From the NCBI GenBank assembly GCA_001779115.1, contig MFJF01000005.1, positions 76,922 through 140,921 on the forward strand: DNA of 64,000 bases, given 5' to 3'. Position 1 is the first letter of the stretch; each line of letters starts with the position of its first letter. Positions 19,830 to 29,310 of this stretch are shown in pieces. This DNA comes from Candidatus Gottesmanbacteria bacterium RIFCSPHIGHO2_01_FULL_40_15 (GTDB lineage Bacteria > Patescibacteriota > Microgenomatia > 2-02-FULL-39-11). The translations under genes and the position numbers were made by a program. A model generated the notes under the pieces. It made no database searches. It had not been told where the DNA came from and saw only the letters and a program-made list of their open reading frames with translations.

Positions 19830-20798
19830 TTATAAAGTTTTCCGTCTTTTTCGGGCTGTCAACAGAAAAAAATCTTCAAGAGTCGGTTTATCTATTGATA
19901 TCTCCCGGTAAGATATTCCTTTTTCGGCCAATAGGCTCAAAAATCGGGGAATTTCCTTTTCGGGTATTTCTACAGTTGTATACCGACCCTGAACCCGGGC
20001 GGACCAAAGATTATCGCGGACAACCGATAATAATCTTTTCAAACCGTCACCAACCATCAGGCTGATTCTTGAAATTTTAATCCTTCTGGCCAGACCCTCG
20101 GGAGTATCCTCAGCAATGATTTTTCCCTGATAAAGAAAAATAACCCGGTCACAGATTTGATCAACTTCAGCCATATTATGGGAGGTAAACAGGATGGTCG
20201 TCTTATACTTTTTTCTTAAATTAATAATTTCGGTCCTTATAGTGTCGGCACTTTCCGGATCCAGGGAAGAAGTCGGCTCGTCAAACAGAATAAAACGGGG
20301 AAAATTAAGAAATGATTTAGCCATATTCAATCTGGTTACCCAACCCGATGACAGCTCATTGACTTCCCTGTCTTTTTTTTCCTCAAGGGAAAATACTTTC
20401 ATTATTTCATTAACCCTTTTTCCCGGGTTTTCGACACCATAAAGCAGTGCCAGAACATTAAGATTTTCTCTGACAGTCAGATTCCAGGGCAAATGGGTAT
20501 AAGTTGAGGAAAAATTGGAATTTTTCAAAATTTCTTTACGGAATTTCCTTAAATCCCTGCCAAAAACTCTGATTGTACCCCGCGTCGGAGTAATTAAACC
20601 CAGTATCATCTGGATGGTGGTAGTTTTGCCGGCGCCGTTGGGCCCGAGAAGGCCAACAATCTCGCCTTCTTTTATGTCAAAAGAAATATCATCAACGGCA
20701 ATAACTTTTTTCCCGGTTTTCCGGATTTTCCAGAAAGGGCTTTTTTGGAAAAAAATTTTGGTAATATTTTTGACTTCGACAATCGGACGCACCCGCAT
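19830..20798 (-). CDS. ABC exporter ATP-binding subunit
   Basis: GPNGAGKTT, LSSGW (signature variant), FDEPT, SH switch, PTLEDFF. Confidence 0.93.
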   Translation of the reverse strand: MRVRPIVEVKNITKIFFQKSPFWKIRKTGKKVIAVDDISFDIKEGEIVGLLGPNGAGKTTTIQMILGLITPTRGTIRVFGRDLRKFRKEILKNSNFSSTYTHLPWNLTVRENLNVLALLYGVENPGKRVNEIMKVFSLEEKKDREVNELSSGWVTRLNMAKSFLNFPRFILFDEPTSSLDPESADTIRTEIINLRKKYKTTILFTSHNMAEVDQICDRVIFLYQGKIIAEDTPEGLARRIKISRISLMVGDGLKRLLSVVRDNLWSARVQGRYTTVEIPEKEIPRFLSLLAEKGISYREISIDKPTLEDFFLLTARKRRKTL

Positions 20799-20934
20799 AG
20801 GAGTATTTTACGCTTCCCTCATTGTTCTTGCCAATCCTTTGGACTACTTGACACAAACATAATAATACTATAGGATATTTGTTGTATAGCTTTTATATCA
20901 GTTTTTGTTTACCTGATATAATAAGCTACTGCCA

Positions 20935-23061
20935 ATGCCGAGAAAATACCGCCGCAGGCGGAAAAAATCCATCTTAAAACCGAAAAAGGGAACAATATTT
21001 TCAATTGTTGCCCTTATCCTGTTTTCAGGTTCAATTCTAACTTTTTTGTCTTTTTTCCAAAGAGGAACTGTTCTTGACCAGCTTAATTTCACCGCTGAGG
21101 AGTATTTCGGGCCGATGAAGTTTTTACTTCCTTTGGCAATTCTTTTATTTTCCCTGCTTTTGGCACGGCTTAAAATATTTTCCGTCAGACCAAATATACC
21201 AATCGGATTTTTTCTGGTTTTTATCTGTCTTATCGCCCTGTCGCAAAGCGGTTATGCCGGCAGTATCAGTTGGGCGATTATTGCCGATTCCGTTTCACCG
21301 GTCGGGGCTTTTCTTATTTTATCGGTAATGCTTCTTATCGGACTGATTGTTCTTTTTAACACATCAATTGAAGAAATAGTTAAAATAGCCGATTCATTTT
21401 ATACGGCAGCCAGCAAAATGCTTCAGCCTGTTTTGGATAAAAAGAAGCCGGTTTTTGTGGAAAAGCTGCCCATTAAAATACCGGCAGTTGGGGAGATAAA
21501 AGAACAGGAAAGGAATGAGGAAAAGAGAGAGACAACCGGGAAGAAAAAAACTGATTCGGTATCGGCTGATTCCTTCGGATCAAGTATTCTGACTAATTTA
21601 CCAGCCTCCGATCAGGTATGGGAATATCCGCCCTACAGTATTTTATCCGGATCGGCAGGTCAAAAGGCTGACCGGGGAGATATGAAACAGAACGCGGCTA
21701 CCATTGAACGGACTCTTGAGAGTTTCGGCATATCCGCCAAAGTGACTGAAGTTAATTTGGGGCCTGCGGTGACGCAATATTCACTTGATATTGCCCTGGG
21801 AACGAAACTGTCCAAAATAACCGCCCTGTCAAACGATCTGGCACTGGCACTGGCCGCGCCGACCGGGCAAATCAGAATTGAAGCTCCTATTCCGGGCAAA
21901 AGACTGGTCGGAATTGAAATACCGAACAGATCCCTGGAATTTGTCACTTTGAGACACATGCTCTCCCAGGACATACTTAAAAGAAGTAAAGACAAACTAT
22001 TGGTTGCCTTGGGACTTGATGTTTCGGGAAATCCTGTCATGGCCAATATTGCCAAGATGCCCCATGTTTTGATCGCCGGAACTACTGGAAGCGGAAAATC
22101 GGTTCTTATTAATTCCTGGATCGCTTCAATTCTTTTCAGAACATCTCCTTCTGAGGTAAGACTGATACTGGTTGATCCGAAAAGAGTTGAACTTAACCTG
22201 TATAGGGATATCCCCCATCTGATGGCGCCGGTTATTGTGGAACCTGACAAAATATTATCTTCCCTTAAATGGGCTATCGGGGAAATGGAAAGAAGATATA
22301 AACTTTTTGCCGAGGTCGGAGTCAGACATATTGACGGTTATAATGAACTGTCGGGTTTTCAGGCGATTCCTTACATTCTCATTTTTATTGACGAGCTGGC
22401 CGACCTGATGGCTTTTGCTCCGGTTGAAGTTGAGGATTCTATCTGCCGTCTGGCCCAAATGGCCAGAGCAACCGGCATACATCTGGTGGTGGCCACACAA
22501 AGGCCTTCCGTTGATGTTATAACGGGACTTATAAAAGCCAATATTCCCTCAAGGATCGCATTTAATGTTTCCTCAATGGTTGACTCCAGGGTTATTATAG
22601 ATATGCCGGGCGCGGAAAAACTTTTAGGCCGGGGAGACATGCTGTATATTCCGCCTGACCAGGCCAAACCGACGAGAATCCAGGGAACATATGTGGCTGA
22701 ACCTGAGTTGATCAGGCTGGTTGAATTTCTCAAGGATAAAAACAAGCCGGTTGAATATACCGAAGAGGTAATCACACAGCCCGTTACCTGGAAAAAAGGT
22801 ACCGGAGCCGGCCAGGGAGACAGCGAAACCAAAGATGATTTATTTGATTCGGCGGTCAGGGTGGTTTGCCAATATGACCGGGCATCAGCCTCACTTCTTC
22901 AAAGAAAATTATCAATCGGATACGCCCGGGCGGCCAGAATTTTAGACCAGCTTGAAGATGGCGGTATTGTCAGTCAGGGAGAAGGATCAAAACCAAGGGA
23001 TGTTCTGGTGAAAAATCCCGATGACTACTTTGCCAGCCGAGATGCCCAAATAACAATATAA
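20935..23061 (+). CDS. ftsK: DNA translocase FtsK/SpoIIIE
   Basis: N-terminal TMs, PHVLIAGTTGSGKS, IDELADLM, ATQRPSVDV, gamma domain LQRKLSIGYARAARI. Confidence 0.97.
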   Translation: MPRKYRRRRKKSILKPKKGTIFSIVALILFSGSILTFLSFFQRGTVLDQLNFTAEEYFGPMKFLLPLAILLFSLLLARLKIFSVRPNIPIGFFLVFICLIALSQSGYAGSISWAIIADSVSPVGAFLILSVMLLIGLIVLFNTSIEEIVKIADSFYTAASKMLQPVLDKKKPVFVEKLPIKIPAVGEIKEQERNEEKRETTGKKKTDSVSADSFGSSILTNLPASDQVWEYPPYSILSGSAGQKADRGDMKQNAATIERTLESFGISAKVTEVNLGPAVTQYSLDIALGTKLSKITALSNDLALALAAPTGQIRIEAPIPGKRLVGIEIPNRSLEFVTLRHMLSQDILKRSKDKLLVALGLDVSGNPVMANIAKMPHVLIAGTTGSGKSVLINSWIASILFRTSPSEVRLILVDPKRVELNLYRDIPHLMAPVIVEPDKILSSLKWAIGEMERRYKLFAEVGVRHIDGYNELSGFQAIPYILIFIDELADLMAFAPVEVEDSICRLAQMARATGIHLVVATQRPSVDVITGLIKANIPSRIAFNVSSMVDSRVIIDMPGAEKLLGRGDMLYIPPDQAKPTRIQGTYVAEPELIRLVEFLKDKNKPVEYTEEVITQPVTWKKGTGAGQGDSETKDDLFDSAVRVVCQYDRASASLLQRKLSIGYARAARILDQLEDGGIVSQGEGSKPRDVLVKNPDDYFASRDAQITI

Positions 23062-23095
23062 CCTGCCCGGAAACTTTCAGGAAGCTTATTCCATT

Positions 23096-23749
23096 ATGAA
23101 GACAGTCGGAGAAATCTTAAGACGAGCCAGAGACGAAAAGGGGCTGACTTTGGATCATATCGAGGAAAAAATAAAAATCAGGAAAAAATTTCTTCAGGCG
23201 CTTGAAGAGAACGCCTGGAACAAACTTCCTTCACTTCCCTATATTAAAGGTTTTTTAAGAAACTACAGTTCATTTCTTAACCTTAATGCCGATGAAATGC
23301 TGGCAGTTTTCAGGAGGCAATATCTTTTTGAAGAGAAGGATGAGTTGATTCCCGAGAGCATTTCCAATCCTGTCAATAAACCCATCATCAGGCTGTCACC
23401 CCAAAGAATCTTCCTTTTGGTAACGGTCATTTTCCTCTTAATTTTTTTCATTAACCTGGCCCGCCAGTACCGGGCCATTTCCAACCCGCCCATGCTTTCC
23501 GTGAAACAGCCCAATGAGGGTGAAATATTAACATCTCAGGATCTGGAGGTTCGCGGAAAAACCGATCCCGACGCGGTTATTGAGATAAACAACAAAAAAA
23601 TTACAATTAATGACAAGGGTGAATTTTCTGCCACATTCCAGCTTCAGCCTGGAATCAATACAATCATAATCGAATCAGTCAGTAAACACGGGAAAAAAAG
23701 AACAGTCACCAGAACCGTCTCGGTTGAAAATCAAGGCTCGCAATTTTAA
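23096..23749 (+). CDS. RodZ-like HTH membrane protein with C-terminal Ig-like domain
   Basis: VGEILRRAR..GLTL, KI...L.ALEE, YIKGFLRNY, TM, beta-rich C-terminus; follows ftsK. Confidence 0.82.
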   Translation: MKTVGEILRRARDEKGLTLDHIEEKIKIRKKFLQALEENAWNKLPSLPYIKGFLRNYSSFLNLNADEMLAVFRRQYLFEEKDELIPESISNPVNKPIIRLSPQRIFLLVTVIFLLIFFINLARQYRAISNPPMLSVKQPNEGEILTSQDLEVRGKTDPDAVIEINNKKITINDKGEFSATFQLQPGINTIIIESVSKHGKKRTVTRTVSVENQGSQF

Positions 23750-25194
23750 TGAAGCTGAAGCTTTTTTCCCTCATTCTTTTATATTTTCTGAGCCGGATTC
23801 CCTTTATCCGCAGTTACCCCGTTTATTATGATTCATTTGAATATGAAAGGATTGCCGATAAGATTAACCTTTCTAATTTCAGGCAAACAGCCCTCTTAAG
23901 CCACCAGCCGGTCCATACTTTTTACCTGGCAACAGCCGCTTTTTTCAAATCGTTTTTTCCCTATCTTAATTCCGGACAGGTGCTTTCCTTAATTTCATTT
24001 CTGTCCGGACTATTTACCGTTATCATTTTTTATTTGGCAATAAAAGATATTGACGGTGAAAACAGGGGGTTTTGGGCGGGACTTTTTCTTTTATCGTTTC
24101 CCTATTTTTTGGCAGTTAACAGTAATATTTTATACGAAGGAGAGCTTTTGATGTTTCTGGCTCTGGCCTTATTATTGGGGATTAAGCCCGGGAAAAAAAA
24201 CAATATGTACTTGACAGCGCTTTCCGGTGTCAGCTACGGGTTATCGGTTCTTATTTTTATCGGCAGTCTGTTTTTTCTGCCAATAATTCTTATTGTTAAT
24301 ATTGCCAAAAAGAAGAAACCGGTATTTAATCTTTTTATCTTTCTCCTGGCTTTTTCTTTAACCGCTATTCTGTCAGATTTAATATTGTTTTCCTCAATTA
24401 TTAATCTGGCTGATAAATATCTTTCCCATGCCTCGGATTTTACTTCAGCCCGGGGCGGGATTTTAATTTTTACGGCCAGGATTTTAAGAAATATTTTCCT
24501 TCAAACAAGCCTTAATCTTTCCGCTATCGGAGCGGCTATTTTCTTTGCGGCACTTATTTTTTTTCTTTATAAAAAACGAGTTTACCGGACATATTTTTTA
24601 GTTTTGGGAATACCGCTTATGATTTTGATGCAGTATTGGCATGCCGGTCTTTACGGAAGACTGGCTGTTATTATACTTTTTCCGGCCGCTTATGTTTTAT
24701 CCCAAATCGGCAAAAATTCACTTTCCAAATTATTAATTATTCTTCTAATCCTGACAACAACCGGAAAATACGCCAAAGCTTTTTTAAGCCGCCCGCCCTC
24801 ATACCACTATCTTAAACTTATTAATAATAATCCCGTTTTAAATGGGTCCGCCGTTGTTACATCAGATTACAACCGTTTTATTTATGAAAGATACGGGTCG
24901 CCTGTTTTTATCATCAGGGATACACCCGGAATATATGACCAACTGGATGTTTTTATCAGCAGGCAGCTTCAAAACAACAGAATTGTAGCGGTTGATTCGC
25001 AGGCAGTTTTTTTCCCAAATAGGCAATTTGACGGGGATTTTTACCATCCCTTAACATTTAAAAAAAGGGCAAATGAAAAAATTCAAACAATATTGAAAAA
25101 ATATCCGACAGTCAGTACAGTCAAAGACTCCGGAAATGAAGAGATTTACTTCCTGATTTTAAATCCCGGTGAATCTTTGGCAATTTATCATTGA
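23749..25194 (+). CDS. Polytopic GT-C fold glycosyltransferase (PMT/ArnT-like)
   Basis: YYDSFEY acidic loop after TM1, HQP motif, about 11 TM helices. Confidence 0.65.
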   Translation: MKLKLFSLILLYFLSRIPFIRSYPVYYDSFEYERIADKINLSNFRQTALLSHQPVHTFYLATAAFFKSFFPYLNSGQVLSLISFLSGLFTVIIFYLAIKDIDGENRGFWAGLFLLSFPYFLAVNSNILYEGELLMFLALALLLGIKPGKKNNMYLTALSGVSYGLSVLIFIGSLFFLPIILIVNIAKKKKPVFNLFIFLLAFSLTAILSDLILFSSIINLADKYLSHASDFTSARGGILIFTARILRNIFLQTSLNLSAIGAAIFFAALIFFLYKKRVYRTYFLVLGIPLMILMQYWHAGLYGRLAVIILFPAAYVLSQIGKNSLSKLLIILLILTTTGKYAKAFLSRPPSYHYLKLINNNPVLNGSAVVTSDYNRFIYERYGSPVFIIRDTPGIYDQLDVFISRQLQNNRIVAVDSQAVFFPNRQFDGDFYHPLTFKKRANEKIQTILKKYPTVSTVKDSGNEEIYFLILNPGESLAIYH

Positions 25195-25243
25195 CATAAA
25201 CTGAAGCTCTGGTTAGAATTAAACAAAGTTAAACAACTGCTCT

Positions 25244-25516
25244 ATGATAGAACCGACCCAGGTACTTCTTTTTTCAGTGGTAACTATTTTGACCGTAATA
25301 CTGGTTCTTATCGGCTGGCAAATTTTCCAGATTCTTTCGGAAATCCGCAAAATGATGATGAAATTCAATACCATGGTTGACGGCGCTGTTTCGGTTACCG
25401 GAAACCTGGGAAAATCATTTGAAAAACTGGGTGGCTTTTCGGAGGGAGTCCAGGCGGTATTTTCCCTATTTAGGTTATTTTCGGTTAAAAAGAGGGAAAA
25501 AAAAGAGGAAGACTGA
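25244..25516 (+). CDS. Small membrane protein (DUF948/YoxC-like)
   Basis: N-terminal TM plus amphipathic helix; precedes the YtxH-like gene; TTGACA-17-TAGAAT promoter upstream. Confidence 0.6.
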   Translation: MIEPTQVLLFSVVTILTVILVLIGWQIFQILSEIRKMMMKFNTMVDGAVSVTGNLGKSFEKLGGFSEGVQAVFSLFRLFSVKKREKKEED

Positions 25517-25517
25517 T

Positions 25518-25913
25518 ATGGAAGAAAAGAGCAATAAAGCCGGAAATTTCTGGTTGGGATTTTTCCTCGGCGGAATAGTCGGGGCTTTCGTCATTTTTGT
25601 ATTGGGCACAAAAGAAGGCAAGAAGCTGGCGGAAAAGATACGCGAAAACGGCGAGATATTGGAGGAAGATCTGGAAGAGAAAGTCGCCAAACTTCAAAAA
25701 AAGGGAGAAGATATTGTGAAACAGGCCAAAAAGGTTAAGGAGCAGGTGGTAAAGGAAATTGAAGAGAAAAAAGGAGCTACTTCTGACGCCCTTGTTACAA
25801 AAATGGATGAAGCGTTTACGAAAATTGAGGACCTGCAGAAAAAAGGGACAGCCCTGACGGAAGAGGTTCATCAACGCTACTTCAAAAAAGACGGCAAACC
25901 CCTGAATTCGTAA
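25518..25913 (+). CDS. YtxH-like protein
   Basis: FWLGFFLGGIVGA...GKKL then coiled coil; ATG 25518 after AGAGGA. Confidence 0.75.
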   Translation: MEEKSNKAGNFWLGFFLGGIVGAFVIFVLGTKEGKKLAEKIRENGEILEEDLEEKVAKLQKKGEDIVKQAKKVKEQVVKEIEEKKGATSDALVTKMDEAFTKIEDLQKKGTALTEEVHQRYFKKDGKPLNS

Positions 25914-25936
25914 AAATTCAAATTCTAAAGCGAAGC

Positions 25937-26647
25937 TTACTGGTTGGCCGGTTCGTTTTGACCGTCAGTTTCCACGTAGGACACGCAATCTCCCTGATTA
26001 TTAAAGACACCAAACTCTTCCCAGCCGTCTTTTTTACACTCTTCCTTATCAGCGGGCATGACCGTCTGGGGCGGAAGAGAAACGATTTCCTCAACGATTA
26101 CATTATCCAACGCCGGGCCGTATGCAGAGTCTACATTACTGGTAAAAGTTAAGACAGTAGTTCCAGCAGTTGCGGTGAATTCAAAATTTCTTGTCTCCCA
26201 ACCCATAGTTTCTTTAGTATTCTTGGTATGATTGGTTGTATCAAAACTAAATGGGGAGATTGGGTCACCACCGACATCCGCAGTCAAAGTTTTAATTCCA
26301 GATCCGCCCTCGGGATTACCGGCCATGTCAAATTTCACAATATAATTCTTTCCGGCTTCTGTGGGAAACGGCTGTCTGATTGAGCCTGCTACCAGTCCGC
26401 TTAAATCGATACTCCGGCTGCCTTCTGATGCCGGCCAATAAGTACCGATTATTTCCACGTTTCCAGAAACAACTTCCCAATTAACAATATCCGTATCCTC
26501 TGTATCAACCTGTAAGTACAGTCCCGGTTCGGTTCCGTATTCGAAACTGCCGTTTTGGACAATTGAAGCTGCCAAAGCAACGGTTGTAACACTAACGAGA
26601 ACCATACCGGCGACCGCACTTGTGAGTATCAGTTTTTTAATTTTCAT
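25937..26647 (-). CDS. Secreted DUF642/choice-of-anchor C-like carbohydrate-binding-fold protein
   Basis: Signal peptide, NGSFE, W.ASEGSRSIDL, FDMAGNP, YGPALDNV; C-terminal CKKDGW..F..F.NQGDCVSY tag. Confidence 0.8.
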   Translation of the reverse strand: MKIKKLILTSAVAGMVLVSVTTVALAASIVQNGSFEYGTEPGLYLQVDTEDTDIVNWEVVSGNVEIIGTYWPASEGSRSIDLSGLVAGSIRQPFPTEAGKNYIVKFDMAGNPEGGSGIKTLTADVGGDPISPFSFDTTNHTKNTKETMGWETRNFEFTATAGTTVLTFTSNVDSAYGPALDNVIVEEIVSLPPQTVMPADKEECKKDGWEEFGVFNNQGDCVSYVETDGQNEPANQ

Positions 26648-26699
26648 ATATTTCTCCTTTCGTTAAGAGAAAATTATATTTTCCGTCAAGGACTGGATA

Positions 26700-26728
26700 A
26701 ACATATCAATCCATAAAGCTTTTGTCAA
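26700..26728 (-). promoter_or_regulatory. Sigma70 promoter of the 26647 gene
   Basis: TTGACA-17nt-TATGTT; SD GAAAGGAGA near the start. Confidence 0.6.
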
Positions 26729-26757
26729 GTTTTGGAGCATAAAAACCGGCATTATAA

Positions 26758-26790
26758 AACAACCCGCAGGTATTATGCCTGCAGGTTGTT
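26758..26790 (-). repeat. Palindromic element copy 1 (terminator-like)
   Basis: AACAACCCGCAGGTATTATGCCTGCAGGTTGTT; homologous to the copies at 29366 and 30071. Confidence 0.75.
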
Positions 26791-26828
26791 TGAAAAAAAG
26801 TTAAACTAATTTGCTTTATTAAACAAAT

Positions 26829-27134
26829 TTAGTTCTGCGGATTTCCGCAAAGATGGCTATTGTTAATGCCGGTCTGCTGACCATCAGCTCCCGGTCCGGG
26901 ATATGAGCCACCGGGATAATGTCCTGATTGTTCATTTCCAAGATTCCAGTCTTTACCGAAATAACCGAATGATCCGTGTCCCTGACATTCTGTATGACTT
27001 GCAGAAACATCGTGACCCGGTTGAGTTCCGTAACCGGAACCGTCACCTTCATTTCCGGCAAAAGCAGGTGCTACTAAACTTCCGTACATTAAAGCACCGG
27101 CTGCTGTTCCGATTAAAAATTTCTTAATATTCAT
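26829..27134 (-). CDS. Small secreted Gly/His/Asn-rich protein with two Cys
   Basis: MNIKKFLIGTAAGALMYGSLVAPAFA signal peptide; SD GAAAGGAGGTGA at 27143-27154. Confidence 0.75.
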   Translation of the reverse strand: MNIKKFLIGTAAGALMYGSLVAPAFAGNEGDGSGYGTQPGHDVSASHTECQGHGSFGYFGKDWNLGNEQSGHYPGGSYPGPGADGQQTGINNSHLCGNPQN

Positions 27135-27247
27135 AAAATTTTTCACCTCCTTTCGGGTATTAAAAATCCGCCTCTGCTGCGGACTTGGGTTATTATTCGG
27201 AGTCTTTAATTATATAGATGCGGGTCAATATATTCACGGATTCCTAA

Positions 27248-27276
27248 ACCATACCAGTCAATATTTTTTTTGTCAA
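27248..27276 (-). promoter_or_regulatory. Sigma70 promoter of the 27134 gene
   Basis: TTGACA-17nt-TATGGT with TG extension. Confidence 0.6.
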
Positions 27277-27397
27277 GTTATAATCATCCAATTTTAGGGT
27301 TTCTTACTTATTTATTACTATGATGTAAGAAGTCTGCACTAGGTTGATAAAATAACCGTTATATTTTTTTAAAAAGTAATATATACTTACAAAACAT

Positions 27398-28090
27398 ATG
27401 AAAAAGTTGTTGGTAGTTTTTGTTGTTTTAATATTATTGGCGGGAGCGGGAATTATATATTTAGTACAGCCAAAAAATCTGGGTATAAAATATTCTGCCC
27501 AAGACCATCAGGCTTTTAATAATAAAATCAAAGTTTCACATGAAGAACTTCCGGCCGATTCCCCTTCCGGTAAAACCCTGATTGCCTCAGGCAACCATCC
27601 GGTAGACGAAACATTCTCCAGTGAAGAATTATCAGCCGCAGCTGACAACCGCCATAAAGACTATGTTTATTTTCCCTTTCATAAAGTTCAAATCAGGGTA
27701 AACAGTGACGGATCGGTTGAAGGCAGCGCTTCTGTTTCTTTTCAGGATGCGGTGAATTATCTTCTGGCTCTGGGGGTGAATTCCGCCGATATATCGGAGG
27801 GCACTAAAAAATTTAAGATCCCCAATGCCAGCCTTCCCGTTTATCTGAAAGTATCCGGATCGGTTGAAAATAATACGAGCCGAATCAGTGTCCAACAAGC
27901 CAAAATTGCCAATATAGGAGTTCCCCAGAATTTAATTGATGAGTACGGTCCGGGATTAAATGACTTGGTTAACTCTGTTATTTCAGACCGGCAGCCAAGT
28001 TATAATGTTGAAAAACTGGAAGCAGTCGGAGGTAAAGTCCACTTCAAAGGCACATCACCGGACCGCGAGCAGTCAGTCAGAAGCAAGTAA
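27398..28090 (+). CDS. Membrane-anchored extracytoplasmic protein, possibly YpmS/LmeA (TULIP-like) fold
   Basis: N-terminal TM; pattern FSSEEL...V.I....G.V...LPVYL...I.V..AKI....P..V.KL....GKV.FKG. Confidence 0.6.
   Translation: MKKLLVVFVVLILLAGAGIIYLVQPKNLGIKYSAQDHQAFNNKIKVSHEELPADSPSGKTLIASGNHPVDETFSSEELSAAADNRHKDYVYFPFHKVQIRVNSDGSVEGSASVSFQDAVNYLLALGVNSADISEGTKKFKIPNASLPVYLKVSGSVENNTSRISVQQAKIANIGVPQNLIDEYGPGLNDLVNSVISDRQPSYNVEKLEAVGGKVHFKGTSPDREQSVRSK
28046..28090 (+). repeat. 45-bp direct repeat, left copy (3' end of the 27398 gene)
   Basis: AAAGGCACATCACCGGACCGCGAGCAGTCAGTCAGAAGCAAGTAA; 42/45 identical to 29311-29355. Confidence 0.9.
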
Positions 28091-28130
28091 AGGGATTAAA
28101 TATTATACGGAGCATGTTAAAATTAAAACA

Positions 28131-28343
28131 ATGGTAGAAACATTTACTCCATTCAGAGCGGGTCCAACAGGAGAAAAAGAAAATGGCGGGCCGGCTGTGC
28201 AACCCCTGGGAACAACTTTTACTGAGATCGATCAACTTGCGGCAGGATTAACTGATGAACAAGCCGAAGGAATGGATCCAAAAGATGTTGAAGCCCTGGC
28301 GGATTTTGAAAGTGAAACCAGCGATAGATTTGTCGGTTGCTGA
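28131..28343 (+). CDS. Small acidic hypothetical protein (70 aa)
   Basis: MVETFTPFRAG...SDRFVGC; TGnTAAAAT -10 box 7 nt before the ATG. Confidence 0.6.
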   Translation: MVETFTPFRAGPTGEKENGGPAVQPLGTTFTEIDQLAAGLTDEQAEGMDPKDVEALADFESETSDRFVGC

Positions 28344-28441
28344 TTCCAATAATAAATAAAACACAAACTCTTCTCCGACTCTTCTCTGAATTTTTCTTTT
28401 TTTATTTTATACTATAGGACTATTATGCTATAATTCTCCTC

Positions 28442-29275
28442 ATGAAAATTGAGGCTTTAAAGCCGATGGAAGCTGCTACCTTATTGGAATTGCCGGAAAT
28501 AGAATCCGGTTTTAATAAACTGGTTGATGTCCGTAATCATTATTACAGTAATTTCGGGACTGAAAGTTCCGGAGAAAAAACTCTTGAAAGTATTTATCTT
28601 TGGTGGAAAGATTTTGAAAACACAAATGAAACCATGTCCCGTTTCCGCAGCGCAATTACCCGACCCCATATACCGCCCTTGGAACAGCAGCAAGTCAGGG
28701 AAGAATATTCTTCCAGTCAACAGACTGTAAATCAAATAGTCAGAGGTATAGTTTTATTAACTCTGACTGAAAAACCGACTGATGCGGATTGGGATAAAGC
28801 TTTAGAGATTAATACAATTATAGAAAATGTAAAGAGCTGGGAAAAATACGATAATCAGATTATTGCCTTTTGCGAAGCAGTTTTTGAAGCCGGTGAAGAA
28901 TTATCAGCAGTAGGAATCCGGCTAAGAGTCGCCCAGCACTCATGGGATGAATTGACCGCACTTTTCGGATACGCAAAGGCAATACGCGTAACTACCGTTG
29001 ATGATATAGACAGTGAAAAAAGAGAATTATCGGATGCGTTACGCGGTAACTTATGGTCTGAAGATGAATTGGTGATGAAGTCGAAAGTTTATAAAAATTA
29101 CCAAAAACAACTAAAAAGTTTTCCTGAAGATTTACGGAAAAAATTAAAGTTTCTCTGGAAATGTGCTCAGGGAAAAATTCCAAGAGGAACATCTGCCTTT
29201 GATATACTGCATACTCAGGAATCCATTCTCAAAGACCTCTATAAAGAAGGAGCATTTGACCCTGAAGAAAGTTGA
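28442..29275 (+). CDS. Hypothetical alpha-helical protein
   Basis: 277-aa ORF; TGnTATAAT 7 nt before the ATG; no family recognised. Confidence 0.75.
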   Translation: MKIEALKPMEAATLLELPEIESGFNKLVDVRNHYYSNFGTESSGEKTLESIYLWWKDFENTNETMSRFRSAITRPHIPPLEQQQVREEYSSSQQTVNQIVRGIVLLTLTEKPTDADWDKALEINTIIENVKSWEKYDNQIIAFCEAVFEAGEELSAVGIRLRVAQHSWDELTALFGYAKAIRVTTVDDIDSEKRELSDALRGNLWSEDELVMKSKVYKNYQKQLKSFPEDLRKKLKFLWKCAQGKIPRGTSAFDILHTQESILKDLYKEGAFDPEES

Positions 29276-29310
29276 TATTACATTCCTGAGGAGAGATGCT
29301 TTTTTATTAT

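Noticed and set aside
27301-27331. TTCTTAC-17nt-GTAAGAA inverted repeat between divergent promoters
   Set aside because: Only 7 bp in AT-rich DNA and a single occurrence; could be chance
27960-28130. N-terminal extension of the 127-aa ORF
   Set aside because: Overlaps the 27398 gene; ATG 28131 with an adjacent -10 box is the better start
28364-28390. ACTCTTCTC(C/T)G tandem duplication
   Set aside because: Two copies of a low-complexity 11-mer with no supporting context
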